Of a stretch of 64,000 nucleotides of DNA, positions 48,693 through 58,950 are shown one piece after another. Source of the stretch: Candidatus Omnitrophota bacterium. Its GTDB lineage: Bacteria > Omnitrophota > Gorgyraeia > Zapsychrales > Zapsychraceae. The stretch covers positions 5,747 through 69,746 of the forward strand of contig JAJDCA010000026.1 of the NCBI GenBank assembly GCA_029261055.1, written 5' to 3'. Positions within the stretch are counted from its first letter, which is position 1; each line of letters begins with the position of its first letter. Made by a program: the position numbers and the translations under genes. The notes under the pieces are model-generated. The model searched no databases. It was not told the DNA's origin and saw nothing but the letters and a program-made list of their open reading frames with translations.

Positions 48693-49168
48693 AATTTAAA
48701 ACAGGCATAGGTTACGATATTCATCGTTTTGCCAAAGATCGTAAACTTGTTGTGGGGGGCGTAGAAATTCCTTATGAGAGAGGCCTTGAAGGGCATTCGG
48801 ATGCAGACGTTTTATTGCATGCCCTATGTGATGCTCTTTTAGGCGCTATTGGACAGGGCGATATTGGAGAGCATTTTCCAAATACAGACCCAGAGTACAA
48901 GGGTATTTCAAGTTTAATATTGTTAGAGAAGGTTAATACAATCGTTCATCAATCTGGTTATGCCATCGGTAATATTGATGCGGTTATTCAGGCCGAAGAA
49001 CCCAATCTTAAAGCTTACAAACCCAAGATGCGTGAGGTGATTGCCAAATATTTGACTATCGACGAATCGGCTGTTAATATTAAGGCCACCACCCAGGAGC
49101 GTTTGGGCGCAATCGGTAATAAAGAAGGCATGGCGGCTTTTGTATCGGTGTTGTTAGAAAAGAAATAA
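48689..49168 (+). CDS. ispF: 2-C-methyl-D-erythritol 2,4-cyclodiphosphate synthase
   Basis: [23 protein letters not shown] and NIKATT motifs. Confidence 0.97.
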   Translation: MKFKTGIGYDIHRFAKDRKLVVGGVEIPYERGLEGHSDADVLLHALCDALLGAIGQGDIGEHFPNTDPEYKGISSLILLEKVNTIVHQSGYAIGNIDAVIQAEEPNLKAYKPKMREVIAKYLTIDESAVNIKATTQERLGAIGNKEGMAAFVSVLLEKK

Positions 49169-49173
49169 ATATT

Positions 49174-49848
49174 ATGTTTTTAACCATTTTATTATTAATC
49201 ATAGTTATTTTTCTTTTTGTTGTGGTGGCATTTTCTCAAGAAATTAAATCCACACGGGAAAGAGATCCTGCGGCGACGGGGTATTTGCAGGTTGTATTTT
49301 TGTATCCTGGCTTGCACGCAGTTATTGCGTATCGGATTGCGCATGTGTTGTGGCAATGCCGGCTTAAGCTTTTATCTCGTTTAATATCTCAAATTAGTCG
49401 TTTATTTACAGGAATTGAAATTCATCCTGGGGCGCAAATAGGTAAAGGCCTTTTTATTGATCACGGCATGGGTGTTGTTGTCGGGGAAACGGCTATTATT
49501 GGAGATAATGTTGCACTTTTTCAAGGCGTAACCTTAGGTGGGACAGGGAAAGAAACCGGTAAACGTCATCCAACGGTAGGGAGTAATGTGGTGATCGGAG
49601 CCGGGGCTAAGGTATTAGGGAATATTCAAATAGGTTCTAATTCTTACATAGGTGCCAATGCTGTTGTTCTACGTGATGCTCCGCCAAATTCTACGGTTGT
49701 TGGGGTTCCTGGACATGTGACAAAGCAGGATGGTAAGAAAATTGATTTAATGATGGATCATGTCCATGTTTCAGACCCTGTTATGCAACATATGAAAGAT
49801 CTTCTGAAGCGTATCCGTGATCTCGAAGAGAAAGTACAAGATAAATAA
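49174..49848 (+). CDS. cysE: Serine O-acetyltransferase
   Basis: [27 protein letters not shown] and GGTGKE.GKRHPT motifs. Confidence 0.96.
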   Translation: MFLTILLLIIVIFLFVVVAFSQEIKSTRERDPAATGYLQVVFLYPGLHAVIAYRIAHVLWQCRLKLLSRLISQISRLFTGIEIHPGAQIGKGLFIDHGMGVVVGETAIIGDNVALFQGVTLGGTGKETGKRHPTVGSNVVIGAGAKVLGNIQIGSNSYIGANAVVLRDAPPNSTVVGVPGHVTKQDGKKIDLMMDHVHVSDPVMQHMKDLLKRIRDLEEKVQDK

Positions 49849-49851
49849 GTC

Positions 49852-51249
49852 ATGGCTATCCAGATTTACAATACACTCACAAAGAAAAAAGAAGAGTTGA
49901 TTCCGCAGGATGGAAAGACCATCAAGATGTATGCGTGTGGGGTGACTGTCTATGATGTGTGTCATATCGGTCACGCACGGAGTTTGTATGTTTTTGATAT
50001 GATGCGGCGGTATCTTCAATACAGGAATTATGACGTCAATTTTGTCCGTAATATTACGGATGTTGATGACAAAATTATTCATAAATCCAATGAGTTGAAA
50101 AAAAGTTTTGAAAGTGTGGTTGAAGAGAATATTGCGGCATACCGCAAGGATTTAGAACGCTTAGGTGTCAGAGATGTAGATCAAGAACCACGCGCGACGG
50201 AAAATATTGAAGATATGATTAAAGATATTGAAGCTTTGATTGCAAAGGGTTTTGCGTATGCGGTGGAAGGAGATGTGTATTACAATGTCCGCCATTTTAA
50301 GACTTACGGAAAGCTTTCGGGGCAAAGTATTGAGAAAATGCAAGAGGCTGTGCGCATTGAAGCAGATGAAAAAAAACAAGATCCTTTAGACTTTGCTTTG
50401 TGGAAAAAATCTAAGGAAGGCGAACCGTCTTGGGATAGTCCGTGGGGTAAAGGACGTCCGGGGTGGCATATTGAATGTTCTTGCATGAGCCGTAAATTTC
50501 TTAAGTGTGAAACGTTAGATATTCATGCCGGCGGTCGGGATTTAGTTTTTCCTCATCATGAAAATGAAATAGCCCAGGCAGAACCTTTGACCGGTAAACC
50601 CTTTGCCAAATATTGGATTCATCATGGTTTATTGACGATCAATGGTCAGAAGATGGCGAAATCTTTGGGGAATTTTATTACCATTGAAGATGCTTTGAAG
50701 AAATACAGTGTGAATCAGTTAAAGATGTTTTATCTTTCCTCTCATTATGCCAGCCCTGTTGATTTTACAGAAGGAAAGATGCAAGAAGCGGCCAAGGCAT
50801 TGGAGAGGGTTGAGCTTGTATTGAGGCAGTTAGACGACAGAAATTCTGATTCGAGTGCTGGAGATATTGCTCCAGAGATTTTGGAAAAACGCGCCGCTTT
50901 TACAGTATGTATGGACGATGATTTTAATACGCCACGTGCTTTAGCTGTTTTGTTTGATGTGGTGCATTTATGTAATAAAGTTTTAGCTGAGAAAAATGAT
51001 GAACAAGAAAAAATGTTGCAGGATGCACATCAATTTCTCAATGAAATCATCGATATTTTTGGTCTAGAATTTGTTTTAGAAACAACAGAAGATGCGTTAA
51101 CAGAGGAAATGCAGGATTTACTAGCGGAGAGAATCGAGGTACGTAAAAATAAAGATTTTCAGCGTTCCGATGAATTAAGAGATATTCTTCATGAAAAAGG
51201 CGTTGCGGTTGAAGACACCAAGGATGGGCAAAAATGGCGAACAATATGA
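49852..51249 (+). CDS. cysS: Cysteine--tRNA ligase
   Basis: CGVTVYD..HIGH, GRPGWHIEC, FPHHENE and KMAKS motifs. Confidence 0.97.
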   Translation: MAIQIYNTLTKKKEELIPQDGKTIKMYACGVTVYDVCHIGHARSLYVFDMMRRYLQYRNYDVNFVRNITDVDDKIIHKSNELKKSFESVVEENIAAYRKDLERLGVRDVDQEPRATENIEDMIKDIEALIAKGFAYAVEGDVYYNVRHFKTYGKLSGQSIEKMQEAVRIEADEKKQDPLDFALWKKSKEGEPSWDSPWGKGRPGWHIECSCMSRKFLKCETLDIHAGGRDLVFPHHENEIAQAEPLTGKPFAKYWIHHGLLTINGQKMAKSLGNFITIEDALKKYSVNQLKMFYLSSHYASPVDFTEGKMQEAAKALERVELVLRQLDDRNSDSSAGDIAPEILEKRAAFTVCMDDDFNTPRALAVLFDVVHLCNKVLAEKNDEQEKMLQDAHQFLNEIIDIFGLEFVLETTEDALTEEMQDLLAERIEVRKNKDFQRSDELRDILHEKGVAVEDTKDGQKWRTI

Positions 51250-51863
51250 AGGGAATATTAATTACATTTGAAGGTTCTGAAGGTTCGGGCAAAAGTACTC
51301 AAATTAATTTATTGCAAAAGTATTTTAAGAAACAAAAGAAGTCCACTTTATTTTTGCGTGAGCCCGGTGGGGTTAAGATCAGCGAGAAGATTAGAAATAT
51401 TCTTTTGGATGTAAAAAATACAGCCATGGGCAATGAATGTGAGACTTTATTGTACATGGCCGCCCGTGCACAACTTGTACAAGAAGTGCTTCTGCCCGCT
51501 TTGCAAAAAGGCGAGGTTGTTCTTTGTGATCGTTTCCTCGATTCGACAATGGTGTATCAGGGATACGGGTGTGGCGTCGATGTTTCTTTAATTAAGAAAA
51601 TCGGTCATTTTGCGACGCAGGGGATTCAACCGAAGTTGACATTTTTCTTTGATATTGATGCTAAAAAAGGATTGGCGCGGATTAATCGTGCCAAAGATCG
51701 TATTGAATGTCGCGCCATTGCGTATCACAATCGTGTCCGACAAGGGTATTTGGCTCTTGCCAAAAATGAACCGCGGCGGATTAAAGTCATTGATGCAAGT
51801 AAGAGTAAAAGTGAAATTCATGACATTGTATTAGGGCATGTGGAAAAAATATTTTCAAAATGA
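51246..51863 (+). CDS. tmk: Thymidylate kinase
   Basis: FEGSEGSGKST, REPGG and CDRF.DS..VYQG motifs. Confidence 0.96.
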   Translation: MKGILITFEGSEGSGKSTQINLLQKYFKKQKKSTLFLREPGGVKISEKIRNILLDVKNTAMGNECETLLYMAARAQLVQEVLLPALQKGEVVLCDRFLDSTMVYQGYGCGVDVSLIKKIGHFATQGIQPKLTFFFDIDAKKGLARINRAKDRIECRAIAYHNRVRQGYLALAKNEPRRIKVIDASKSKSEIHDIVLGHVEKIFSK

Positions 51864-52843
51864 TAGAAACACAATCAGACATTAATTTATCTATTATTCA
51901 GCGATTTGCTGCATTGCACAAAAAAAATTGTTTGGCGCATGCGTATTTATTTGTGGGAACTAAAGAGGCGGGAAAGTCAGAAACAGCTGTAGGTGTCGCG
52001 AAATGGTTTAATTGTGAGAAGGCCAAAGAAGAGGGGTTTGCATCTTTTTGTGATCAATGTTTATCTTGCCGGAAAATTAATTCGAAGAATCATCCGGATG
52101 TTCATATGATTGAAGGGGATTACGAAAAATCCATAAAGGTCGAGGAGATTCGGCAGCTATTAAGCCAAATTAAATTGCGACCATTTTTAGCAGAGAAGAA
52201 AATTTTTATTATTAAAAATATGGAAAATTTAACTTTGGAAGGAAGTAATGCACTTTTAAAGACCTTGGAAGAGCCTTCAACAAATAGCCTTTTGATTTTA
52301 ACCTCTTCTGTACCGGAAAAAGTGTTGGATACGGTTAAGTCACGTTGTCATGTGGTACCTTTTCTTCCTTTGTCTCAAAAAGAATTAATGGCAAAGGTAT
52401 CTGAAAATGGCAATGGCAATCCTGAAATTCAATTTATGACATATTTTGCTGAAGGGTGTGTAGGAAGATTTCGAAAGCTTCAGGAAAATCATTTTTTTAC
52501 GATGAAAAACGAAAGCATAGACCGATTTATTTTAAATCCGGCTACAGATGAGAATTTTACGAAAAAAGTGTTGGTAGATAAACAGGCGACAAAGGATTTT
52601 TTGGATGTGTTACTGAGTTGGGTGCGGGATGCGATGTTAATAAAATCAGGGGTAGAAGATGAACGTTTAATTCATTTAGACCGGAGAGCTGAATTGCGTG
52701 ATTTTCAGCGCAGGTTTTCTTTTGAAGCATTGACGTATTTACAGAATGCCGTTATTAAAATGTTTGGATTATTGTCAGAAAACTTTAATGTAAAAATGCG
52801 GTTAGTTATTATTAAAAATTTATTGAGGAGTAATTATGCATAA
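51860..52843 (+). CDS. holB: DNA polymerase III delta' subunit
   Basis: HAYLF, Zn-binding Cys, HPD, NALLKTLEEP and SRC; tmk-holB order. Confidence 0.92.
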   Translation: MIETQSDINLSIIQRFAALHKKNCLAHAYLFVGTKEAGKSETAVGVAKWFNCEKAKEEGFASFCDQCLSCRKINSKNHPDVHMIEGDYEKSIKVEEIRQLLSQIKLRPFLAEKKIFIIKNMENLTLEGSNALLKTLEEPSTNSLLILTSSVPEKVLDTVKSRCHVVPFLPLSQKELMAKVSENGNGNPEIQFMTYFAEGCVGRFRKLQENHFFTMKNESIDRFILNPATDENFTKKVLVDKQATKDFLDVLLSWVRDAMLIKSGVEDERLIHLDRRAELRDFQRRFSFEALTYLQNAVIKMFGLLSENFNVKMRLVIIKNLLRSNYA

Positions 52844-53621
52844 AGTTGTTCAAGCAAAATTGGGAGAATATCGTCCCGTTTATTTGTATGACGCTAATGA
52901 TGTCGATTGTAAACGGGGAGATTGTGTCATTCTGGAAGTTGACCGAGGGTCTGAGTATGCAACGGTAATTTCGGTAAAGACATTTGATTGTAAGAAAGGC
53001 GATAGTGTTAAAGGAAAAATTGTCCGGCATGCCACAACAGGTGACAAGAAGCAAATAGAAAATAATCGTATGAAGGCCAAAGATGCGCTTAATACAGGGG
53101 TTCGGAAAATTACAGAACGGCATCTTCTAATGAAAATTGTAAAAGTCGAATACACTTTTGATAATAGTAAAATTATTTTTTTCTTTGCGGCAGACGGGCG
53201 TGTTGATTTTCGGGCACTGGTCAAAGAGCTGGCCGGTATTTTTCGTGTGCGTATTGAATTAAAACAAATTGGTGTTCGGGATAAAGCCAAGATTACCGGG
53301 GGGTATGGTGTATGTGGACGGGAACTTTGTTGTCATTCGTACATGAATATGTTTCATCCGCTTTCGGTCAAGATGGCTAAACGACAGGGTTTACCATTAA
53401 ATCCTTCACGCATTTCAGGATTGTGTGGTCGGATTAAATGTTGTATGGCGTATGAATTTGATGTTTACAGGAGGTATTCAAGGTCGCTGCCATCTATTGG
53501 CGATAGTATTACGATTAGTGAAGGGCAAGGAAGAGTGGTGGATATCAATATTTTAAAACGCCGTGTGAGTGTTGATCTTGGTGAGGGAAGAATTGTGAAA
53601 GCGACGATTGATGAAAAATAA
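52836..53621 (+). CDS. ricT: PSP1-domain protein (RicT/YaaT)
   Basis: RVDFR.LVKELA..FR.RIELKQIGVRD, CGRELCC and SG.CGR.KCC motifs. Confidence 0.9.
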   Translation: MHKVVQAKLGEYRPVYLYDANDVDCKRGDCVILEVDRGSEYATVISVKTFDCKKGDSVKGKIVRHATTGDKKQIENNRMKAKDALNTGVRKITERHLLMKIVKVEYTFDNSKIIFFFAADGRVDFRALVKELAGIFRVRIELKQIGVRDKAKITGGYGVCGRELCCHSYMNMFHPLSVKMAKRQGLPLNPSRISGLCGRIKCCMAYEFDVYRRYSRSLPSIGDSITISEGQGRVVDINILKRRVSVDLGEGRIVKATIDEK

Positions 53622-55113
53622 ATTTTATGTAACAACGCCTATTTATTACGTTAATGACAAGCCGCATATCGGGCATGCGTACACGACGATCCTTGCCGAT
53701 GTTTTGGCACGTTTTCATAGGGCCAGCGGGGATGATGTTTTTTTCTTAACGGGATTAGATGAACATGGGCAAAAAGTTCAGCAGGCGGCTGAAGCCCGTC
53801 AAATGACCTCCCAAGCCCATTGTGATGATTTGGCACCACGATTTTTGCATTTGTGGGAAAAGTTAGAGATTCAGCATGATGATTTTATTCGGACGACACA
53901 GCCTCGTCATGTGAGGGTTGTTCAAGAGACCTTGCAAAAAGTTTACGATGCCGGTGATGTGTATGAGGATGAATATGAGGGGTGGTATTCGGTTTCCGAA
54001 GAGCGCTTTATTACAGCGACAGAAAAAGAGTCTGGTGAATTTCGGGATATTAAGCAGCTGAAAGAAAAGAATTGGTTTTTCCGCATGAGCAAATATCAAC
54101 AGAGGCTCATCGACCACATTAATGACAATCCAGAATTTATTCAACCCGTGCATCGTCGTAATGAAGTTTTGGGTTTTCTTCGCCAGCCTCTGGGAGATTT
54201 GTGTATTTCTCGTCCTAAGTCGCGTATGAGTTGGGGAATTGAATTACCCTTTGATACAGAGTATGTGACGTATGTCTGGTTTGATGCCCTTTTGAATTAT
54301 GTGACAGGTCCCGGCTATTTAGCTGACGAGACTCTGTTTCAGAAATGGTGGCCGGCTTCAATTCATTTAATTGGTAAAGATATTCTTACCACGCATTCGG
54401 TGTATTGGCCGACGATGTTATTTTCTTTAGGGTTACCCTTACCGAAAACTATTTTTGCCCACGGGTGGTGGTTAACCGGTGATGCTAAGATGAGCAAGTC
54501 TCTAGGGAATATCGTGAATCCTTTGGACTTGATTGATGAATACGGGGTAGATCCGGTGCGGTATTATTTGATGCGCGAGATGGTTTTAGGGCAGGATTCT
54601 AATTTTACCGAGGCCTCATTTATTAAACGGTACAATAGTGATTTGGCGAATGATTTTGGTAATTTGCTTAATCGCGTGAGTGGGCTTATTGGAAAGTATT
54701 TTGATGGGTGCGTGCCGGCGCCACAAGAAGAGACGCCAGCGGAACAAGAAGTTCGTCAATGTGCTGAAAGTTTAGATGGGCGTAAACATGAATTGATTCA
54801 AGAATTAAAGGTGCATGAAGCGATTGAAGAAACTTTGGCTTTGGTACGAAAAATGAATAAATATCTTGAAAGTCAAGCCCCGTGGAAAGTAGCTAAGGAA
54901 GATTTAGGTCGTGCCGGTACAATCCTTTACACGGCTTGTGAAGCCTTACGCATCAGCGCCGTGCATTTAGAACCCGTCATGCCGGCCAAAACTAAAATTC
55001 TTTTAGAAGTTCTAGGTGCCGAAACTACAGGCGTAAAGTGGGGCGAACTTCAAAGTGGTACAAAATTAAAAGCACACGAGGCGCTATTTCCTAGGGTAGA
55101 AATTGAAAAATAA
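53611..55113 (+). CDS. metG: Methionine--tRNA ligase (short form)
   Basis: TTPIYYVN..PHIGH, YVWFDALLNY and KMSKS motifs; ends LFPR with no C-terminal tRNA-binding domain. Confidence 0.96.
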   Translation: MKNKFYVTTPIYYVNDKPHIGHAYTTILADVLARFHRASGDDVFFLTGLDEHGQKVQQAAEARQMTSQAHCDDLAPRFLHLWEKLEIQHDDFIRTTQPRHVRVVQETLQKVYDAGDVYEDEYEGWYSVSEERFITATEKESGEFRDIKQLKEKNWFFRMSKYQQRLIDHINDNPEFIQPVHRRNEVLGFLRQPLGDLCISRPKSRMSWGIELPFDTEYVTYVWFDALLNYVTGPGYLADETLFQKWWPASIHLIGKDILTTHSVYWPTMLFSLGLPLPKTIFAHGWWLTGDAKMSKSLGNIVNPLDLIDEYGVDPVRYYLMREMVLGQDSNFTEASFIKRYNSDLANDFGNLLNRVSGLIGKYFDGCVPAPQEETPAEQEVRQCAESLDGRKHELIQELKVHEAIEETLALVRKMNKYLESQAPWKVAKEDLGRAGTILYTACEALRISAVHLEPVMPAKTKILLEVLGAETTGVKWGELQSGTKLKAHEALFPRVEIEK

Positions 55114-55114
55114 A

Positions 55115-55381
55115 ATGAAGAAAATTGTTTGGCATGCCCATGCTAAAGCAAGGTTGGTAGAACGAGGTATTGGATTAAAGCTAATAAGAGATGCTTTAGA
55201 TTATCCAGATCAAATAATTTCTGAAGGTAAATACAGTATTATTCATAAATTTTACGGTGATTTTAATCGTAAAAAGAAGTATTTGTTGAGAATTTTTGTT
55301 GAAGAGCAAGAACGGAAATTCATAATCCGTTCAGTTTATCGTACTTCAAAAATTCATAAATATTGGAGGGATACCAAATGA
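55115..55381 (+). CDS. DUF4258-like putative toxin (RelE-like fold)
   Basis: HAKARLVERGI...PD...LRIFVE...IRSVYRTSKI.KYW; overlaps a DUF2283 gene (ATGA). Confidence 0.75.
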   Translation: MKKIVWHAHAKARLVERGIGLKLIRDALDYPDQIISEGKYSIIHKFYGDFNRKKKYLLRIFVEEQERKFIIRSVYRTSKIHKYWRDTK

Positions 55382-55599
55382 AAATGAACTATGATCCAAA
55401 GGCCGATGCCTTGTATATTCGATTAAAGTCATCTAGAACAAAAATTGATGAAAGTGATGAGGTTTCAAAAGGGGTTATTATTGATTACGATACCTCGGGA
55501 AAGCCTGTTGGAATTGAGTTTTTAAATGCAGCTAAACTTTTTGGAGGGCGCAAAGAATTTCAAGTTGAAATGTCTTTAACGGAAAATATTAGAAAATAG
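55378..55599 (+). CDS. DUF2283 putative antitoxin
   Basis: YDPKADALYIRL...ESDEV..GVIIDYD..G..VGIE.LNA. Confidence 0.85.
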   Translation: MKMNYDPKADALYIRLKSSRTKIDESDEVSKGVIIDYDTSGKPVGIEFLNAAKLFGGRKEFQVEMSLTENIRK

Positions 55600-55614
55600 G
55601 AAGGGTAAAATCAT

Positions 55615-56652
55615 ATGGCTATGGAAACGATTACGTGGGTGAAGGGTCAGGTTAAGTTGATTGATCAGACGTTGTTGCCGGGGAAGTTGAAATACATTTA
55701 TTGTAAGGATGTGAAAACATTGTGGGAGGCGATTAAACGGTTGAGTGTGCGGGGGGCGCCGGCTTTGGGTGTGGCAGCGGCGTTTGGTGTCTTGCTCGGG
55801 TTGAAAAAGTTTAAAGGAAAAGATTCAGCAAAGTTCGTGAAACATGTAGCGGATGTGTGTGATTACATTGGGACATCCCGGCCTACGGCGGTGAATTTGT
55901 TTGCTGCGCTGGAAGAGATGAAGGCTTCGGCGGTTATGCATCGCGATTGTTCTGTGACAGAAATTACGAAATATTTAAAGAAGACGGCGATGGCCATTTA
56001 TGACGAAGATCGCCGGGTGTGTCGCACGATGGGGAAATTTGGGGCGACTTTGATTCGGTCTGGACAGAATGTTTTAACGGTCTGTAATGCCGGAGCTTTG
56101 GCGACGGTAGATTTTGGGACGGCATTGGGTGTGTTTTACAGTGCCAAAGCCCAACGAAAGAAATTTAAGGTGTATGCTTGCGAAACACGTCCGCTTTTGC
56201 AAGGGGCGCGATTGACAACTTGGGAACTTCTTCGAGGCGGTATTGATACCACATTAATTTGTGACAATATGGCAGCCACAGTGATGAAGCAGGGCAAAGT
56301 AGATGCGATTTTTACCGGAGCCGATCGTGTGGCGGCGAATGGCGATTCCGCCAATAAAATTGGCACGTACAGTTTGGCTGTTTTGGCTAAATATCACAAG
56401 ATTCCTTTTTACATTGTGGCGCCACGCTCAACGTTTGATTTGAGTATTAAAAGTGGGCAGGAAATTCCTATTGAAGAACGTGATAAATCAGAAGTCATTA
56501 ATTTCCAAAATCAATCAACAGCACCTAAGCAGGTCAAGGTGTACAATCCTGCCTTTGATGTCACAGATGCCAAACTCATTACGGCGATCGTCACAGAACA
56601 TGGGATCATCAAACCGCCTTTTCGTCAAAATATTAAGAATGTTTTCAAATGA
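55615..56652 (+). CDS. mtnA: S-methyl-5-thioribose-1-phosphate isomerase
   Basis: DQTLLP, VRGAPA, RPTAVNL, CNAGALAT, ETRPLLQGARLT and ANKIGTY motifs. Confidence 0.95.
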   Translation: MAMETITWVKGQVKLIDQTLLPGKLKYIYCKDVKTLWEAIKRLSVRGAPALGVAAAFGVLLGLKKFKGKDSAKFVKHVADVCDYIGTSRPTAVNLFAALEEMKASAVMHRDCSVTEITKYLKKTAMAIYDEDRRVCRTMGKFGATLIRSGQNVLTVCNAGALATVDFGTALGVFYSAKAQRKKFKVYACETRPLLQGARLTTWELLRGGIDTTLICDNMAATVMKQGKVDAIFTGADRVAANGDSANKIGTYSLAVLAKYHKIPFYIVAPRSTFDLSIKSGQEIPIEERDKSEVINFQNQSTAPKQVKVYNPAFDVTDAKLITAIVTEHGIIKPPFRQNIKNVFK

Positions 56653-57554
56653 CAACATTGTCCCAGGTAGGTGAATTTGGGTTGATTGATCAGATTAAGA
56701 AAGGCGTCTCATCATCGCGCTCAATTGTGTGTGGTGTCGGCGATGACACGGCGGTGGTAAAAAGTCCTTCCGGTTTACAATTATTAACAACAGATATGTT
56801 GGTTGAAGATGTGCATTTTACATGTAAAATGTCACCGTTGGCCATTGGGCATAAGGCTTTGGCGTGCAGCATTAGTGATGTGGCGGCCATGGGAGGCCAG
56901 CCGCAGTACGCATTGATATCTCTAGGGGCTCCAGCTAATTTTTCTAAACAATTTATTTTGACAATGTACCGGGGCCTGCAGCGTACGGCTAAAAAATTTG
57001 GTGTGCATGTAGTCGGTGGGGATACGGTTAAAAGTAACAAGCTGACAATTAATGTGGCTTTAACCGGTGAGGTTGCTTCAAAAAATTTAGTTACGCGTAA
57101 AGGGGCAAGGCCTGGGGATCAAATTTTTGTCACAGGGCCTTTGGGAAAATCATTTACATCCGGCTGGCATTTGAAATTTATTCCACGTGTGAAAGAGGCG
57201 CACTACTTGGTAAAATATTTTAAGCCGACGGCCATGATGGATATCTCCGACGGATTAGCCGCAGATTTAGGACATGTCTTAAAGGCGAGTGGTGTAGGGG
57301 CTGTTATTGAAGAAGAAAAAGTGCCACGCAGGCAGAAGGCTACTCTTCAGCAAGCTTTGCACGATGGGGAAGATTTTGAGTTATTGTTTACGTTGTCTTC
57401 GCAGCAAGCGCAGAAATTAACAAAACAGAAACTGCCTTTTAAATTTTTTTTCATTGGCGGAATTGTAAAAGAACCTGGCCTATTACATGTTATTAACAAA
57501 AAAGGAAAAGCGCGAAATATTTCACCAAAAGGATTTGAACATTTTAAACCATAA
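56649..57554 (+). CDS. thiL: Thiamine-monophosphate kinase
   Basis: EFGLI, GDDTA, SDVAAMG, GGDT, DISDGL and GEDFEL motifs. Confidence 0.95.
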   Translation: MTTLSQVGEFGLIDQIKKGVSSSRSIVCGVGDDTAVVKSPSGLQLLTTDMLVEDVHFTCKMSPLAIGHKALACSISDVAAMGGQPQYALISLGAPANFSKQFILTMYRGLQRTAKKFGVHVVGGDTVKSNKLTINVALTGEVASKNLVTRKGARPGDQIFVTGPLGKSFTSGWHLKFIPRVKEAHYLVKYFKPTAMMDISDGLAADLGHVLKASGVGAVIEEEKVPRRQKATLQQALHDGEDFELLFTLSSQQAQKLTKQKLPFKFFFIGGIVKEPGLLHVINKKGKARNISPKGFEHFKP

Positions 57555-57624
57555 ACACACCTCGGGAGTCTGTTTGGGGTACACAACGCCATCCCAAACA
57601 GACCCCCGAGGTGTGTTTACGGTT
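57547..57624. repeat. Long GC-rich hairpin element between thiL and tsaE
   Basis: AACCATAAACACACCTCGGGAGTCTGTTTGGG...CCCAAACAGACCCCCGAGGTGTGTTTACGGTT. Confidence 0.75.
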
Positions 57625-57635
57625 AATCGTCGATT

Positions 57636-58088
57636 ATGTCATTTAAATTAATAACAAGGACTCAGGAAGAGACTATTCAATTTGGGGTCACTTTGGCGAA
57701 GAGGCTGAAGCCTGGCGACATTATTTGTCTCTTCGGTGATTTGGGTAGCGGGAAGACGACATTCGTTAAAGGCCTGGCGAAGGGGTTAAGGATTAATCCT
57801 ACAAAGGTGAGTAGTCCGACGTTTGTTGTGATGAACATGTATGAAGGCAAGTTGCCTTTGTACCATTTTGATTTGTACCGGTTTGAAGACGCAAATGAAA
57901 TTTATGCGATTGGTTACGAAGAGTTCTTTTATGGAGAGGGCATTGCTGTTGTCGAATGGGCTGAGCGCTTAGGCGCATTGTGTCCGAAGGAATATTTGAG
58001 TGTACATTTTTCCCATCGAAAAGATCATGGACGAACAATTCAATTGAAAGCAAAAGGGAAAAGGTATCATGAAATTATTAACCATTGA
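57636..58088 (+). CDS. tsaE: tRNA threonylcarbamoyladenosine biosynthesis ATPase
   Basis: [18 protein letters not shown] and VEWA motifs. Confidence 0.96.
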   Translation: MSFKLITRTQEETIQFGVTLAKRLKPGDIICLFGDLGSGKTTFVKGLAKGLRINPTKVSSPTFVVMNMYEGKLPLYHFDLYRFEDANEIYAIGYEEFFYGEGIAVVEWAERLGALCPKEYLSVHFSHRKDHGRTIQLKAKGKRYHEIINH

Positions 58089-58755
58089 AGCTTCAACACG
58101 AAATTACAGCTTGGCGGTTTCCGATGAGGAAAAGGTTGTTGCTTACAAAAATTTTAGACTTAAGAATGTGCTTTCATCATCCGTCATGCCGGGCATCAAA
58201 AGTGTTTTAGATAAATCTGGAATTCCGCTCAATAAATTGGATGGGTTTGCGGTGGGATTAGGTCCAGGGTCGTTTACCGGTTTGCGTGTGGGATTAGCAA
58301 CGATACAAGGGCTTATTTTTGCCACGCAAAAACCTGTGGTGGGTATTTCCAGTTTAGATATTTTAGCGGCCAACGTCACTACAGAGGTGGAGCAAATTTG
58401 TGTCATCACGGATGCCAAGCGTAGCATGGTGTTTTCATGTGTGTACCAACGGAAAGGATCTCAGCTCAAGAAGCTAAGCCCGTATGTTTTAGCACCGGTC
58501 GAAGATGCCCTTAAAAATATTAGCGGCGCAACGATTTTTGTTGGGGATGGTATTGCTTTGTATCACGAGCGAGTTGTGCAGTTTTGTCGTGGAAAATTTG
58601 CCATTACGTTTGCCGCAGAAAAATTATGGAGCCCTCAAGCCCGGCGAGCTGTTCCTTTAGTTTTAGAAAGATTTCGTCAGAAAAAAGTCGACAAGATTGA
58701 AAAGTTATTACCTTTGTATTTGTATCCAGAAGATTGTCAAGTTAGGAGAAGTTAA
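58069..58755 (+). CDS. tsaB: tRNA threonylcarbamoyladenosine biosynthesis protein
   Basis: [15 protein letters not shown] and P.Y motifs. Confidence 0.95.
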   Translation: MKLLTIEASTRNYSLAVSDEEKVVAYKNFRLKNVLSSSVMPGIKSVLDKSGIPLNKLDGFAVGLGPGSFTGLRVGLATIQGLIFATQKPVVGISSLDILAANVTTEVEQICVITDAKRSMVFSCVYQRKGSQLKKLSPYVLAPVEDALKNISGATIFVGDGIALYHERVVQFCRGKFAITFAAEKLWSPQARRAVPLVLERFRQKKVDKIEKLLPLYLYPEDCQVRRS

Positions 58756-58821
58756 TTAGGAATTTCTAGCTTTAAAGAAATTCCAAAAGGGTCTAATTCC
58801 CCGAGGCTTGCCCCGAGGAGT
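58752..58821. repeat. 70-bp dispersed repeat, identical to 25066-25135
   Basis: Base-by-base identity by eye. Confidence 0.9.
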
Positions 58822-58828
58822 GTCATTA

Positions 58829-58950
58829 AGAGGGAGAAGTAAGGTGTAAGAGGCAAGAAGCAAGATAAAGAATTTATGTTTTATCTTGCATCTTACATCT
58901 TGTAACTTGCTTCTTTTAAAAGAGGTCAGTGATCAGTGGTCAGTGCTCAG
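58829..58950. repeat. Purine/pyrimidine inverted-arm element plus TCAGTGN heptamers before alr
   Basis: AGAAGTAAGGTGTAAGAGGCAAGAAGCAAGATAAA / TTTATCTTGCATCTTACATCTTGTAACTTGCTTCT; then TCAGTGA TCAGTGG TCAGTGC TCAG. Confidence 0.6.
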
